Notes: generated by a model not told the origin, from the letters alone. Numbered from the stretch's first letter, positions 21,872 to 31,992 are shown. The stretch: DNA of 64,000 nucleotides from Pseudomonadota bacterium (GCA_023436615.1 JAEZIO010000025.1:19493-83492), one strand, 5' to 3'. Program-made: numbers and translations.

Positions 21872-23031
21872 GCGGCGAGTTCCACGGCAAGACCGCGGAA
21901 GCGCTCGACGTCCGCCTCGTCATGATAGAGGCCGAGGCCGACCCTAAGCACATCGCCACGAACATCGACGACGCAACCGCGGCTCGCCAGATCGGCGCAC
22001 CACCGCTGCGCCTGGGGCGAGCGGAACGCGAGGAATCGCGCATGGGAGGCGCCGTCGAGCGGGTTGAGCAGCTCGGCCGCGCCTAGCGCCGTTTCGCCAA
22101 GCTGGATCAGCAGGCGCTGCAGGCTCGCGACGTGCGCCGATATGCGAGCGGTCGTCAACCCGTTGTCCGACAGCATCCGCCGCACGGCGTTGAAACGGTA
22201 CAGCCCGGAGGGATCGAACGTGGCTCCAATGAAGCGCATCGCGTCCTTGCGATATCCAACGGAGCCCGGCGGGAGCGTCAGGTCCTCGAACTCGGCATAC
22301 CACCCCGTGATCGGGGGCCTCGCCCCGAACCCATCAGGTGCGTGCATGAAGGCGCAGCCTTCGCCCGCCATCGCATATTTGTAGCCGCCGCCCAGGTAAA
22401 AAGCGGAGCGAGCGGCCTCCCGGCCGAACGGCGCCTCGATCGCCATGAAGGCGTGATAGCCGTCGATCACCACCCACGGGCCGTCCGACCGCGCCAGGGC
22501 AGACAGATCGGCGACTCGGTCGAACAGCCGTCCGCTCCCGAACAAGACCTGACTGACGAAAATGAGGTCGTGCCCGCCCGCTTTCGCGCGGTCCAGGAAG
22601 CGCTCCGGAAAGGTGTCGAAGGGTTCGCTGGCGATCCGCTCGACGGCGATGTCGCCATTTTCCTCCCATCGTGCGAACTGCCTGCGCGCGCTGTGAAACT
22701 CGCCGTCGCTGGTGAGGATTCGAAGCGGTCCGCCCGCCGGTCGGGGCGCCGCCGCCGCGAGCCGAACGAGAAGCTCGTGCGTGTTCGGCGCGAAGACCAC
22801 CGAGTCGGGCATGCCGGTTCCAAGCTCGGCGGCGACGTGTCGCTGCGCTTCCGGCCACAGCTCGTCCATGATTCGATCCCACTTGCGGTCCGCGAGCCGA
22901 GCCGCGTCATCCCAGCATTCGACCTGGCCGTCGAAGCTGGCGTCGGGCCAGAGGTGGTGGCTGTGCGCGGCCATGTGCAGCCGCTCCGGAGCAGCCGACA
23001 GGCTCTTCGAAAACAAGCGTTTGAAGGTCAA
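21868..23031 (-). CDS. class V PLP aminotransferase, kynureninase-like
   Basis: TTGA overlap with the TDO stop; DGYH, GGGYKY (PLP Lys), TGWYA; adjacent to TDO. Confidence 0.75.
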   Translation of the reverse strand: MTFKRLFSKSLSAAPERLHMAAHSHHLWPDASFDGQVECWDDAARLADRKWDRIMDELWPEAQRHVAAELGTGMPDSVVFAPNTHELLVRLAAAAPRPAGGPLRILTSDGEFHSARRQFARWEENGDIAVERIASEPFDTFPERFLDRAKAGGHDLIFVSQVLFGSGRLFDRVADLSALARSDGPWVVIDGYHAFMAIEAPFGREAARSAFYLGGGYKYAMAGEGCAFMHAPDGFGARPPITGWYAEFEDLTLPPGSVGYRKDAMRFIGATFDPSGLYRFNAVRRMLSDNGLTTARISAHVASLQRLLIQLGETALGAAELLNPLDGASHARFLAFRSPQAQRWCADLASRGCVVDVRGDVLRVGLGLYHDEADVERFRGLAVELAA

Positions 23032-23795
23032 AGATCGGTCCTGAGCGCCCACAGCTCCGGGAAGACGCGCTTGTCGAGCGTCGAGCGCAGGTACGGTGCT
23101 CCCGCCGAGCCGCCCGTGCCGCGCTTGTTGCCGATGATCCGTTCGACGGTCAGGACGTGCTTGTGACGCCAGCCCGCAAGCGCGTCGTCGATATCGAGCA
23201 GCTTCTCGGCGAGCTGGTAAAGGTCGAACCAGCGTTCGGAATCGCGATAGACCTCGAGCCACGCCTTCGCGACGGCTTCATCCGAGCGGTCGCCGAGGTC
23301 GAAGCCGGCCCGCTCGAGCGCCGAATGGGATGCCTCGCGAAGGCTCGGGGAAGCGAGCGCGTCGCGCAGGCGCGCATGCTCTTCCCCGTCTGCCGGATAG
23401 TGGTCGAGATAGCGCTGGTCCTTGAGCCCCAAGCGATATTCGAGCTCGCGGAACTGTGCCGACTGGAAGCCTGACGAGGTGCCGAGAACATCGCGGAACG
23501 CGAGATAATCCACTGGCGTCAGCGTCGAGAGCACTTCCCACGACAGCGTCATCACCGACTGGATTCGGCCGATTCGTGCCATCGCCTTGTACGCTTCGGC
23601 GAACTTGTCCTCGCCGACGAGCTCGATCGCAAAGCGCAGCTCGTGAAGCATCTGCTTGAGCCATAGCTCCTTGGTCTGGTGAATGACGATGAACAGCATC
23701 TCATCGTGCAGGCGGGACAGCGGCTGCTGCGCGCCGAGCAGCTGCTCGAGCTTGAGATAGTCGGCGTAGGTCATGCCGGCGGGCGTCGCGGTCAT
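23028..23795 (-). CDS. kynA: tryptophan 2,3-dioxygenase
   Basis: YADYL, HDEMLFIVIHQ, SGFQS, ERIIGNKRGTGGSAG, FPELW. Confidence 0.95.
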   Translation of the reverse strand: MTATPAGMTYADYLKLEQLLGAQQPLSRLHDEMLFIVIHQTKELWLKQMLHELRFAIELVGEDKFAEAYKAMARIGRIQSVMTLSWEVLSTLTPVDYLAFRDVLGTSSGFQSAQFRELEYRLGLKDQRYLDHYPADGEEHARLRDALASPSLREASHSALERAGFDLGDRSDEAVAKAWLEVYRDSERWFDLYQLAEKLLDIDDALAGWRHKHVLTVERIIGNKRGTGGSAGAPYLRSTLDKRVFPELWALRTDL

Positions 23796-23847
23796 GCGCC
23801 CGTCGTTAAGGCAAACAGGGCGCCCGCAAAAGCGGGCCGCGAATCGC

Positions 23848-24315
23848 TTATGGTCCCGGGGGCGGGGTGTTGCCGCCGGCGCCCGAGCCGACCGTGCCGA
23901 TATTGCCGAAGATGTCCTCGAAGATGCTGCGGCGGCGGCCGAGCGTCGGCGTCTTGTCGTTGACCGGGTTGATGCTGGCAATCAGCTCCTTGCCCGTGCG
24001 CTCGACGGCGGTGACGTTGCCGGCCTTGTCGAAGCGGACGTGGAGCACCGTCTGGTCGAGCACCTTGGGGTTGCGGAAGGCGAACGTCTTGGTGTCGCGG
24101 GAGACGTAATACCAGTCGTTGTCGTTGAACTGGCTGGTGAACGTCGGCCGCCCCAGGGTCTGCTCCACCGATTGCTTGTTGTCGACGCCGACCTGGACCG
24201 AGGAAACCAGCTCCGTATCGATGACGGTTCCGCGATGATCGCGCGTACCGACGCAGCCCGCCACAAGGGTCGCGCCCGCAACCATAATCGCGATTTTCGC
24301 CATCGCAGCTTTCAT
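23848..24315 (-). CDS. bamE: outer membrane assembly lipoprotein BamE
   Basis: Lipobox VAGC; RG...V..G...V...LGRP, WYYVS, VRFD; divergent from cbp3-yceD. Confidence 0.88.
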   Translation of the reverse strand: MKAAMAKIAIMVAGATLVAGCVGTRDHRGTVIDTELVSSVQVGVDNKQSVEQTLGRPTFTSQFNDNDWYYVSRDTKTFAFRNPKVLDQTVLHVRFDKAGNVTAVERTGKELIASINPVNDKTPTLGRRRSIFEDIFGNIGTVGSGAGGNTPPPGP

Positions 24316-24417
24316 GCCCTATCGTCTCCCGGAACTCGCCTCTTGCGGCGTGGTGGCAAACGCCAATATCCGCGCGGGCCTCAAGGGCGCAACCCTGCGC
24401 CGTCATATGCGGGACTT

Positions 24418-24930
24418 ATGCTTGGATTCCTGTTTGGCCGATTAACGGGTGAGCCGAAGCGCGGGCAGGCTCTGTTCGACGCCGCCGTCGCCGAGGCGCG
24501 CCGCCCGCATTGGTTCACCCTCGCGGAGGTGCCGGATACGCTCGACGGGCGTTTCGCAATGCTCGCGACGGTAAGCGCGCTTCTGATCGTGCGGCTGGAG
24601 GAGCTTGGCGATGAGGGCCAGCGCGCGTCTGCTGCAGTGACCGAGCGCTTTATCGAGGCGATGGACGCCGAACATCGCGAACTCGGCTTGAACGATCCGG
24701 GTCTCGGGAGACGCGTCCGCAAGCTGGTGGGTTCGCTCGAGCGGCGAGTGGACGACTGGCGCGCGGCGGTGGCTGGGGAGCGGGCGTGGACCGAGGCGGT
24801 CGTTTCCAGCGTATATCGTGGGACGGAACCGGCGGACCCCCCGCTGGAAGCGGCGGAGCAGGCGCTCCAGGATCTGTGGCGTCGGCTGTCTGGCGCGGGT
24901 TCGGGCCAGGTCCTGAAGGGCCGCTTCTGA
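24418..24930 (+). CDS. ubiquinol-cytochrome c chaperone (Cbp3-like)
   Basis: VPDTLDGRF, MD..HRELG..D motif; bamE/yceD context. Confidence 0.8.
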   Translation: MLGFLFGRLTGEPKRGQALFDAAVAEARRPHWFTLAEVPDTLDGRFAMLATVSALLIVRLEELGDEGQRASAAVTERFIEAMDAEHRELGLNDPGLGRRVRKLVGSLERRVDDWRAAVAGERAWTEAVVSSVYRGTEPADPPLEAAEQALQDLWRRLSGAGSGQVLKGRF

Positions 24931-25454
24931 TGGACGAGGATTTCGCGCATCGCCTTACCATCGATCGCATCCGCGACGGCGAGCGGATCGACCTCGTCGC
25001 GGGAGAGGCCGAACGCAAGGCTGTCGCCGAACGGCTCGGCCTGTCGTCGCTGGAGCGGCTCGACGCGCACGTCACGCTTTCACCCGAGGGAGGCCGGGTG
25101 CGCGCCGAAGGCCGGCTCCGCGCGGCACTTGAGCAGAGTTGCGTCGCCACCGGCCAGCCGGTGCCCGAGCATATCGACGAGCCGTTCACCATCCTCTTCG
25201 TCCCCGAGCCCGACGCTGCCCGCAGCGATGAGGAGGTCGAGCTCAGTGAAGACGAATGCGACGTGGTCTTCTATGACGGCGCTGCGATCGACCTGGGGAC
25301 CGCGGTCGCGGACACGCTCGCGCTGGCGATGAACCCGTATCCGCGAAGCCCGGAAGCGCAGCTCGCGCTCAAGGAAGCGGGCGTGATCAGCGAGGCCGAA
25401 GCCGGGCCATTCGCGGCGCTGGCCAAACTCAGGAAAAGCGGCGGCGAGGCCTAG
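24930..25454 (+). CDS. YceD/DUF177 family protein
   Basis: QSCVATG, IDLG.AVAD.LALAMNPYPRS, GPFAALAKL. Confidence 0.88.
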   Translation: MDEDFAHRLTIDRIRDGERIDLVAGEAERKAVAERLGLSSLERLDAHVTLSPEGGRVRAEGRLRAALEQSCVATGQPVPEHIDEPFTILFVPEPDAARSDEEVELSEDECDVVFYDGAAIDLGTAVADTLALAMNPYPRSPEAQLALKEAGVISEAEAGPFAALAKLRKSGGEA

Positions 25455-25491
25455 AAGAGCGAGCGCATTTCAACGGGTGCCCGGCGAGCGA

Positions 25492-25956
25492 TCAAAACGG
25501 AACGTCGTCGTCCAGGTCGTTGTCGAACGTGGCCGGCTGGGGACGCGACTGCTGGCGCTGGGAGCCGCCGAAATCCGAATCGCCGAAATCGCTCCGGCCG
25601 CCGCCGCCCTCGCGGCTGTCGAGTAGCACCAGCTCGCCGCGAAAGCGCTGCAGCACGATCTCGGTGGTGTAGCGGTCGTTCCCGTCCTGGCCCTGCCACT
25701 TGCGCGTCTGGAGCTGTCCTTCGAGGTAGACCTTCGACCCTTTGCGCAAATAGCTCTTGGCGACGCGGCCGAGGTTCTCGTTGAAGATCACGACGTTGTG
25801 CCACTCGGTCCGCTCCTGGCGGTTGCCGTCGCGGTCCTTCCAGCTTTCCGATGTGGCGACGCGCATGTTGACCACTTCGCCGCCGTTGTTGAGCGATCGC
25901 GATTCTGGATCGGCGCCGAGGTTGCCAACGAGGATGACCTTGTTCACGCCCGCCAT
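25492..25956 (-). CDS. ssb: single-stranded DNA-binding protein
   Basis: [25 protein letters not shown]-terminal DDDVPF. Confidence 0.98.
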   Translation of the reverse strand: MAGVNKVILVGNLGADPESRSLNNGGEVVNMRVATSESWKDRDGNRQERTEWHNVVIFNENLGRVAKSYLRKGSKVYLEGQLQTRKWQGQDGNDRYTTEIVLQRFRGELVLLDSREGGGGRSDFGDSDFGGSQRQQSRPQPATFDNDLDDDVPF

Positions 25957-26020
25957 TTGTCAGGACTCCATGATGTCTGGCCGGCTGGAATAGGCGAGCG
26001 CCTGCGTCCGCGCCAGCCCT

Positions 26021-27970
26021 TCAGCGGGGGGTCGCCACGCGCCGCGTCTCCCGCTGATTCCAGGCGAAGCCTGCAAGCAGGATGACCAGCGTCAGAACCT
26101 GTGTGGCGATGCCCTGGGCCGTCGGGAACAGCCCGAGAATCGGCACGCGCGGCGCCCAGCTCAACGGAGTGACGGAGAGCAGCCCCGATTCCTGGAGCGC
26201 GGCCACGCCCTTGCCGGCGAGCACGACCGCGAGAACGGCGACAAGGGCCGAGCTGTAGGCGAAGAACTTGCCGATCGGGAGCCGCTGGCTGAACTTGAGC
26301 ATGACCACCGCGATGATGGCGAGCGCGAGCGCACCGCTCAGCGCGCCCGCGACCAAGGCTTCGACATGCTGCTGGGCCGCCATGGCCGCATAGAAGAGGA
26401 TGGTCTCGAAAACCTCGCGGTAAACGGCGATGAAGGCGAGCATGAACAGGAACCAGCCGGACTTGCGAGAGAGAGCGCTGCCGACCTTTTCCTTGATGTA
26501 GCGCTGCCATTCCTCGGCCTGCGACTTGCCGTGCATCCAGATGCCGACGAACAAAAGCACGACGGCTGCGAGAAGCGAGCCGAACCCTTCGGTGAGCTCA
26601 CGGCCGGCGCCGCTGACGCTGATGAGCGTGGTTGCCGCAAGCCATGTAAGCGCGCCCGCGATGAGCGCGCTGACCCAGCCCGCATGGACCGGCCGGACCA
26701 TTTCGGTGCGGTCGCTCTTGCGGAGGAAGGCGAGCATGCCGATGACGATCAAAAGCGCCTCGAGGCCTTCGCGGAACAGGATCGTGAAGGCGCCGACGAA
26801 CGTGGAAGCGGCGGTATCCTGGTCGGGCGCGAGCGCGCTTTCGGCACGGTCGAACAGCGCGCCCACGGCATTGATCCGCGCGCGAACGTCGGCCGGCGGG
26901 CTGCCGCGCGCGATCGCTGCGCGCAGATCCGCCATCGCGGATTCGACCTGCGCAACGAGCGCGCCCTCGCGCGCGCCGAGCACCCCCTCCACCGGCTCGA
27001 ACCCGTCGAGATAGGCCGCCAGCGCCAGCTCCTTCGCGCGCTCGCGGTCCCCGGCTTCATAGGCGGCGAGGCTATCCTGCAGGCGCTGCCGCCCGATCGT
27101 GAGCGACGAGGCGGCCGTCGGCTGGACGGCGTCGGGGCGGGCGCGCAAATAGGCGACAACGGCGGCGGCCTTGTCGCTTCCGATCTCCTTTGCAAGCCCC
27201 GCCTCCGACGCGCCGCTGAGCGCGTCCAGGTCCCCGATCTTCGCTGGAAGCTGCGGGTCGCCTTCCCAGATCTGCTTGCCTCTCGCGGCAAGCTCGTCGG
27301 GATAAGCGAAGCGGCCGACGCGGAAGGCGAGTGCCCATTTCTCCTCGGGCGAGAGATGGGCGAAGCTGGCCATCGCGGTGCCCTCGAGCCCCTGGTCGAT
27401 CACCTGATAGAGCGCGAAAGGCGTCCGCTCCGCCGCGCGCCGACGATCGGTGAAGGCGACCGGCGGCGGGTCGAGCTGCTTGGCCAGCGGCGTAGCGGCA
27501 TCGCCCGCGAGGCCGTGGCAGCTCGCGCAATTCTCTTTGTAGAGGCGTTCGCCGAGCGCCCGGTCGGGCACGCTCTTCGGGCCGAGCGGCACGGGATAGG
27601 CTTGCAGCAGGTCCCGGCCGAGCCCGCGCGCGAGGTCGCCGACGCGCTCGGGAGATTGCTTAGTCGCGATCGCTTCGCGGAGCGATCTGCTTGCGGAGAG
27701 GAGGCGGGGTTTTTGAGGGGTGGCAGGAAGCGCGGCCAGCCGCTCGTCGACGGACGTCGCGAACTCCTGCATCTCGGCATATTCGGCAGGGCTGACCACC
27801 TTTCCGCCCGAGACGGCGCCGGCATAATCGACGGCGATATAATCGAGCAGCCGCCAGGCGGTTTCCGCGCCCTTGTCCTGCGCAGCGGCGGGTGTGGAAA
27901 CGGCGAGGAAACCGGCCGCAAAAAGCGCAAGGCACAGCCGTGCCGCCCGGGCCACGCACGCGATCGTCAT
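26021..27970 (-). CDS. cytochrome c / FTR1-family iron permease (PbrT-like fusion)
   Basis: Signal peptide; CASCH heme motif; two RExxE motifs (REGLE, REVFE). Confidence 0.9.
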   Translation of the reverse strand: MTIACVARAARLCLALFAAGFLAVSTPAAAQDKGAETAWRLLDYIAVDYAGAVSGGKVVSPAEYAEMQEFATSVDERLAALPATPQKPRLLSASRSLREAIATKQSPERVGDLARGLGRDLLQAYPVPLGPKSVPDRALGERLYKENCASCHGLAGDAATPLAKQLDPPPVAFTDRRRAAERTPFALYQVIDQGLEGTAMASFAHLSPEEKWALAFRVGRFAYPDELAARGKQIWEGDPQLPAKIGDLDALSGASEAGLAKEIGSDKAAAVVAYLRARPDAVQPTAASSLTIGRQRLQDSLAAYEAGDRERAKELALAAYLDGFEPVEGVLGAREGALVAQVESAMADLRAAIARGSPPADVRARINAVGALFDRAESALAPDQDTAASTFVGAFTILFREGLEALLIVIGMLAFLRKSDRTEMVRPVHAGWVSALIAGALTWLAATTLISVSGAGRELTEGFGSLLAAVVLLFVGIWMHGKSQAEEWQRYIKEKVGSALSRKSGWFLFMLAFIAVYREVFETILFYAAMAAQQHVEALVAGALSGALALAIIAVVMLKFSQRLPIGKFFAYSSALVAVLAVVLAGKGVAALQESGLLSVTPLSWAPRVPILGLFPTAQGIATQVLTLVILLAGFAWNQRETRRVATPR

Positions 27971-27989
27971 GGCCGCGCGCTAGCTTAGT

Positions 27990-28004
27990 TGCAACTGATT
28001 ATCA
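27990..28004 (-). promoter_or_regulatory. Fur-box-like 7-1-7 site
   Basis: Minus strand TGATAAT-C-AGTTGCA vs TGATAAT-N-ATTATCA, upstream of the iron permease. Confidence 0.7.
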
Positions 28005-28020
28005 ATAACGGAAGCGGTCA

Positions 28021-28668
28021 CTAGCGCGGCGGGTAGCGCAGCCGCCCGAGGAAGCGGCTGACGCTGAAATGCTCCTGCCCGCGCCATTGCGCCTTCCACT
28101 TTTCGAATTGCATGACATTGTCGATGCGCCGGTCGAGGAAGGCCGCCGTTTCGCTCCAGCCGTCGCTATTGTCGTCTATCCACGCGAGCAAGGTCGACCC
28201 GTAGACGGCGCCGAGCGTCATGCGCTTGGTATAATAGTTGAAGTCGGTGGCGGTGTCGCCGGCGAGACGCCACATCAAATCGGCCGATCGCCAGCCGATC
28301 CGCGTTCCGAGCGGGACGTTCTGCGGCATCGCCAGGATCGACAGCCCCTGCCGAACCGCCTCGCGCGCGGGACCCATGATTTCGAGCCGGGTCCAGACGA
28401 GGGCGCGGATCTTCTCGCGGATCTTCATGCCGGCGAGGGTTGCCGGCGGAAGCCGGTTCTCCATCTCCCGGTCCACGCCCTTGATGTAGGCGTCGACCAT
28501 GTCGGCGGGCGATTTCGGGAACGCCAGCCGCGCCTGCGCCTGGTCGATCCCGAGCTGCGCCGCGGCACTATCGACCGCACTCCGGCACCAGCCGTCAAAG
28601 ACCGCATTTTCCCCGACAGCGAGCGCCAGCCGGTCGCGAATTTTCTCCAGAGGACTCGGCTCGTCCAT
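28021..28668 (-). CDS. COQ9 family protein
   Basis: FDGW, ADLMWRLAGD.ATDFNYYTKR, FLDRRIDNVM. Confidence 0.9.
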   Translation of the reverse strand: MDEPSPLEKIRDRLALAVGENAVFDGWCRSAVDSAAAQLGIDQAQARLAFPKSPADMVDAYIKGVDREMENRLPPATLAGMKIREKIRALVWTRLEIMGPAREAVRQGLSILAMPQNVPLGTRIGWRSADLMWRLAGDTATDFNYYTKRMTLGAVYGSTLLAWIDDNSDGWSETAAFLDRRIDNVMQFEKWKAQWRGQEHFSVSRFLGRLRYPPR

Positions 28669-28673
28669 GCGGG

Positions 28674-29567
28674 TCAACTGGGCTGTGCCCGCTCGCCGCG
28701 CAACCCCCGTTGCGGAAGCCGGACGAGGACCAGCGCCGCGGCGATGGCGACTGCGCCGACCCAGTCGGCGGGCGACATCGTCTCACCGAAGGCGAACCAG
28801 CCGATGAGAGCGGCGATGGCCGGCTGAGTCAGCAGCGCAAGGCCTACGACGAGCGGAGGAAACACGCCGATCGAATAGACGAGGAGGCCCTGACCCAGCA
28901 CCTGGCTCGACAGCGCGAAGATGATGAGCGGAGTCCAGTCCTGCGGCCATATGCGCTCACCGGCGCCCAGGCTGATCGCGAGCAGGATCGGCATCGCGAA
29001 AATCGTCGCGAGCAGGAGCAGCGGGAGCGGCTCGAGCTCAGTGCGGGCGCGATCGACGAAGATCAGATACCCGCCGTAGAGGAAGCCGGCGACAAGGGTG
29101 AGCAGGTCGCCGGTCAGATTGTCGGGACTGAGCTCGTAGCTGTTGCTCATCAGCAGGATCGCACCGAGCAGCGCCATCACCAGCGCGGCCGACTGCCTCG
29201 GCGAGGGCAGATGCCTGGCCAGCACCAGCCCGTAGAGTGCGAAGACGAAGCTGCCGCTATTGCCGAACAGCGTCGCGTTGCCGAGCTTGGTCAGCAGGAT
29301 GCCGGCATTCCACGCGGCAAGGTCCAGCGCGTAGAACGTGGCCGCGATCGCGATCATCCCGACCAAAGTCCGCCTCGGCCAGTGCGGCGCCTGCCCGGAG
29401 ACGCGGGCGATCGCCCACAGGAAGGGCACCGCCAGCGCCAGCCGCCAGAAGCCCGTCGCCACCGGTCCGACGTCGGCGAGCCGCACGAACCACGGGCCGA
29501 CGGCGAGCGCCGAATTGCCGAGCAAGAGGGCCGGGAAGGCAAGCGGATGCGGCCTGGAGCGAGTCAC
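28674..29567 (-). CDS. DMT/EamA family transporter
   Basis: About 10 TM segments in two EamA-like halves; GDLL, QPAIAALIGWFAFGE. Confidence 0.88.
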   Translation of the reverse strand: MTRSRPHPLAFPALLLGNSALAVGPWFVRLADVGPVATGFWRLALAVPFLWAIARVSGQAPHWPRRTLVGMIAIAATFYALDLAAWNAGILLTKLGNATLFGNSGSFVFALYGLVLARHLPSPRQSAALVMALLGAILLMSNSYELSPDNLTGDLLTLVAGFLYGGYLIFVDRARTELEPLPLLLLATIFAMPILLAISLGAGERIWPQDWTPLIIFALSSQVLGQGLLVYSIGVFPPLVVGLALLTQPAIAALIGWFAFGETMSPADWVGAVAIAAALVLVRLPQRGLRGERAQPS

Positions 29568-29599
29568 AGGGGCGCGCTTAGCGGGGACGCGCGTGGCGA

Positions 29600-30022
29600 T
29601 TAAGCCCCGTATTTCGCGCGAAGCTCGTGCAGCGCCAGCGCGGCTCGGGCAGCGTGTCCGCCCTTGTCGCCCTGTGCCGGGTCGGCACGCGCGATCGCCT
29701 GCGCTTCATTTTCGACGGTCAGAATGCCGTTGCCTATGGCAAAGCCCTGCAGCGTCAGCTCCATCAGTGCCCGGGCGCTCTCCTCGGCCACGATCTCGAA
29801 ATGATAGGTCTCGCCTCGAATCACGACGCCGAGCGCGACGAAGGCGCAATAGCGGCCGCTCCTGGCGGTAAGGCTGATCGCTGCCGGAAGTTCGAGCGCG
29901 CCGGGAACGGTGATCGTTTCGTGCTCGTGCCCCGCCTCCTCGACCGCTCTCCGCGCGCCGGCCAGCAGCATGTCATTGAGGTGCGGATAGAAGCGCGCTT
30001 CGGCGAGCAGAATTTTCGCCAT
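29600..30022 (-). CDS. ribH: 6,7-dimethyl-8-ribityllumazine synthase
   Basis: [27 protein letters not shown]. Confidence 0.96.
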   Translation of the reverse strand: MAKILLAEARFYPHLNDMLLAGARRAVEEAGHEHETITVPGALELPAAISLTARSGRYCAFVALGVVIRGETYHFEIVAEESARALMELTLQGFAIGNGILTVENEAQAIARADPAQGDKGGHAARAALALHELRAKYGA

Positions 30023-30026
30023 GACG

Positions 30027-31310
30027 TCAGTCCGTCACGCCGATCGGCCGCTCGTCGACGATTGCGAGGCCGTAGCCGGACAGCGCGACCGGCGAGTGGC
30101 GCGTGTTCGACAAAAGGATCATGTCGTGAATGCCGAGCGCGGCCAGGATTTGCGCGCCGATGCCGTATCCGCGAACCGCATCGCCACCTTCCACCGGCTT
30201 GCCCGCACGAAGGTCGATCGAGCGGGACAGCGAGCCCGGCGCGGCCGCGTGCAGCGCGACGACCACTCCCGATCCCTGCTCCTCGATCATCCGCATCGCC
30301 GCCTGGAGGACGCCCGAGCGGTCCCCCTGTTCGCCCAGCACGTCCGCGAACAGGTCGAGGCTGTGCATCCGCACCAGCACCGGCGCGTCCGTATCGAGCG
30401 TGCCGTGGACGAGTGCGAGCTGCTCGTCGCCGCTCGACTTGTCGCGGAACACCTGCGCCTCCCATTGGGCTCCGCTGTTCGCGCGGAACAAGGTCGAGGC
30501 CGTCCGTTCGACCAGATGATCCTTCTTGAGCCGATAGGCGATAAGGTCGCGGATCGTGCCGATCTTGAGGCCGTGGCTGCCGGCGAAGTCGATAAGATCG
30601 TCGAGCCGCGCCATCGAGCCGTCGTCGCGCATGATCTCGCAGATTACCGCGCTCGGGTTGAGTCCGGCGAGGCGAGCCACATCGACGGCGGCCTCGGTGT
30701 GGCCGGCGCGGACAAGCACTCCGCCCGGCCGGGCGACGAGCGGGAAGACGTGACCGGGTGACACGATGGCGTCCGGCCCGTTGGCGGCATCGATCGCGAC
30801 GGCGATGGTCCGCGCCCGGTCGGCGGCGCTAATGCCGGTGGAGATTCCCTCCTTGGCCTCGATCGAAACCGTAAAAGCGGTCTCGTTGCGGCTGCGGTTG
30901 GTCCGAGCCATCGGTTCAAGACTCAGGCGGTCGGCGCGATCCTTCGTCAGCGCAAGGCAGATGAGACCGCGGCCATGGCGCGCCATGAAGTTGATGGCGT
31001 CGGGAGTCGCCATTTGCGCCGGGATCACCAGGTCGCCTTCGTTCTCGCGGTCGTCGTCGTCGACCAGGATGAACATGCGGCCGTTGCGCGCCTCGTCGAT
31101 GATCGCCTCGGCGCCGACGAGAACGCCGGTGGTTCCGCGCTGGATCAGCTTCTCCAGCCGCCTCAGCGTGTCGGCGGTCGGATTCCACTCCGCCGTGCCG
31201 AGCTTGCGAAGGCTGTTGGGGTGGAGGCCCGCGGCGCGGGCCAGCGCCGCGCGGCTGACCTCGCCGGTGTCGATGATCTCGGTGAGGCGGTCGATGAGAG
31301 TGGTGCTCAT
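30027..31310 (-). CDS. ribB: DHBP synthase RibB with N-terminal HTH and degenerate GTP cyclohydrolase II domain (RibBX-type)
   Basis: [38 protein letters not shown]-terminal VRMHS lacks the Zn cysteines; N-terminal [16 protein letters not shown]. Confidence 0.92.
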   Translation of the reverse strand: MSTTLIDRLTEIIDTGEVSRAALARAAGLHPNSLRKLGTAEWNPTADTLRRLEKLIQRGTTGVLVGAEAIIDEARNGRMFILVDDDDRENEGDLVIPAQMATPDAINFMARHGRGLICLALTKDRADRLSLEPMARTNRSRNETAFTVSIEAKEGISTGISAADRARTIAVAIDAANGPDAIVSPGHVFPLVARPGGVLVRAGHTEAAVDVARLAGLNPSAVICEIMRDDGSMARLDDLIDFAGSHGLKIGTIRDLIAYRLKKDHLVERTASTLFRANSGAQWEAQVFRDKSSGDEQLALVHGTLDTDAPVLVRMHSLDLFADVLGEQGDRSGVLQAAMRMIEEQGSGVVVALHAAAPGSLSRSIDLRAGKPVEGGDAVRGYGIGAQILAALGIHDMILLSNTRHSPVALSGYGLAIVDERPIGVTD

Positions 31311-31321
31311 TTGGCGCCGGT

Positions 31322-31339
31322 ATCACACTGAAATGTGAT
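31322..31339. promoter_or_regulatory. palindromic operator candidate in ribB promoter
   Basis: ATCACA-N6-TGTGAT filling the spacer of minus-strand GTGACA-N17-TACCGG-N6-ATG. Confidence 0.65.
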
Positions 31340-31362
31340 TGTCACCGCTCAACTAAACGTGT

Positions 31363-31983
31363 CTAGTGTGAGCGCGCGGCCAGCATTCGTTCGATGTAGC
31401 GGGCGAGCACGTCCACCTCGACATTGAGCTGTCGCCCAACGGCGGCTGTGCCCAGGGTGCTGTGCGCTGCCGTATGGGGAATGATGTTGACGGAGAAGTG
31501 GGTCGTCCCGTCCTCGGCGTCGCGAACCTCGTTCACGGTCAGAGAGACCCCATCGAGCGCGATGGATCCCTTGGGCGCGATCAAGGGCGCATAGTCCCGC
31601 GGGACGGCGACGCCGACGCGCGTAGAGCCGCCTTCGGGGCAGGTGTCGACAACCTCGCCTACACAATCGACATGGCCGGCTACGAAATGCCCGCCCAGCT
31701 CGTCCCCGACCCGCAACGAGCGCTCGAGGTTGATCTGGGCCCCTTTGCGCCAAAGCTCGGACGCGGTCCGCGAGAGCGTTTCACCGGAAACGTCCACCGC
31801 GAACCAGGAGTCGTCTCCCGCTGTGCCCTTGTCGACGACGGTGAGGCAAACGCCCGAACAGCAGATGGATGCGCCGAGTTCGACCGTCGCGAGGTCGTAA
31901 GCGGTTCGAATATGGAGACGCAGGTCTCCGAGCTGCTGGGCCGCGATCACTGTGCCGACGTCGCTGACGATCCCGGTGAACAT
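31363..31983 (-). CDS. ribE: riboflavin synthase (alpha chain)
   Basis: MFTGIV N-terminus, GVCLTV, NLER, GGHFVAGHVD, KGSIALDGVSLTVN. Confidence 0.96.
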   Translation of the reverse strand: MFTGIVSDVGTVIAAQQLGDLRLHIRTAYDLATVELGASICCSGVCLTVVDKGTAGDDSWFAVDVSGETLSRTASELWRKGAQINLERSLRVGDELGGHFVAGHVDCVGEVVDTCPEGGSTRVGVAVPRDYAPLIAPKGSIALDGVSLTVNEVRDAEDGTTHFSVNIIPHTAAHSTLGTAAVGRQLNVEVDVLARYIERMLAARSH

Positions 31984-31992
31984 GCGTGCCGA

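Noticed and set aside
31322..31339. CRP/FNR(FixK) site upstream of ribB
   Set aside because: The half-sites are in the opposite orientation (TCACA...TGTGA) to CRP's TGTGA-N6-TCACA and do not match TTGAT-N4-ATCAA.
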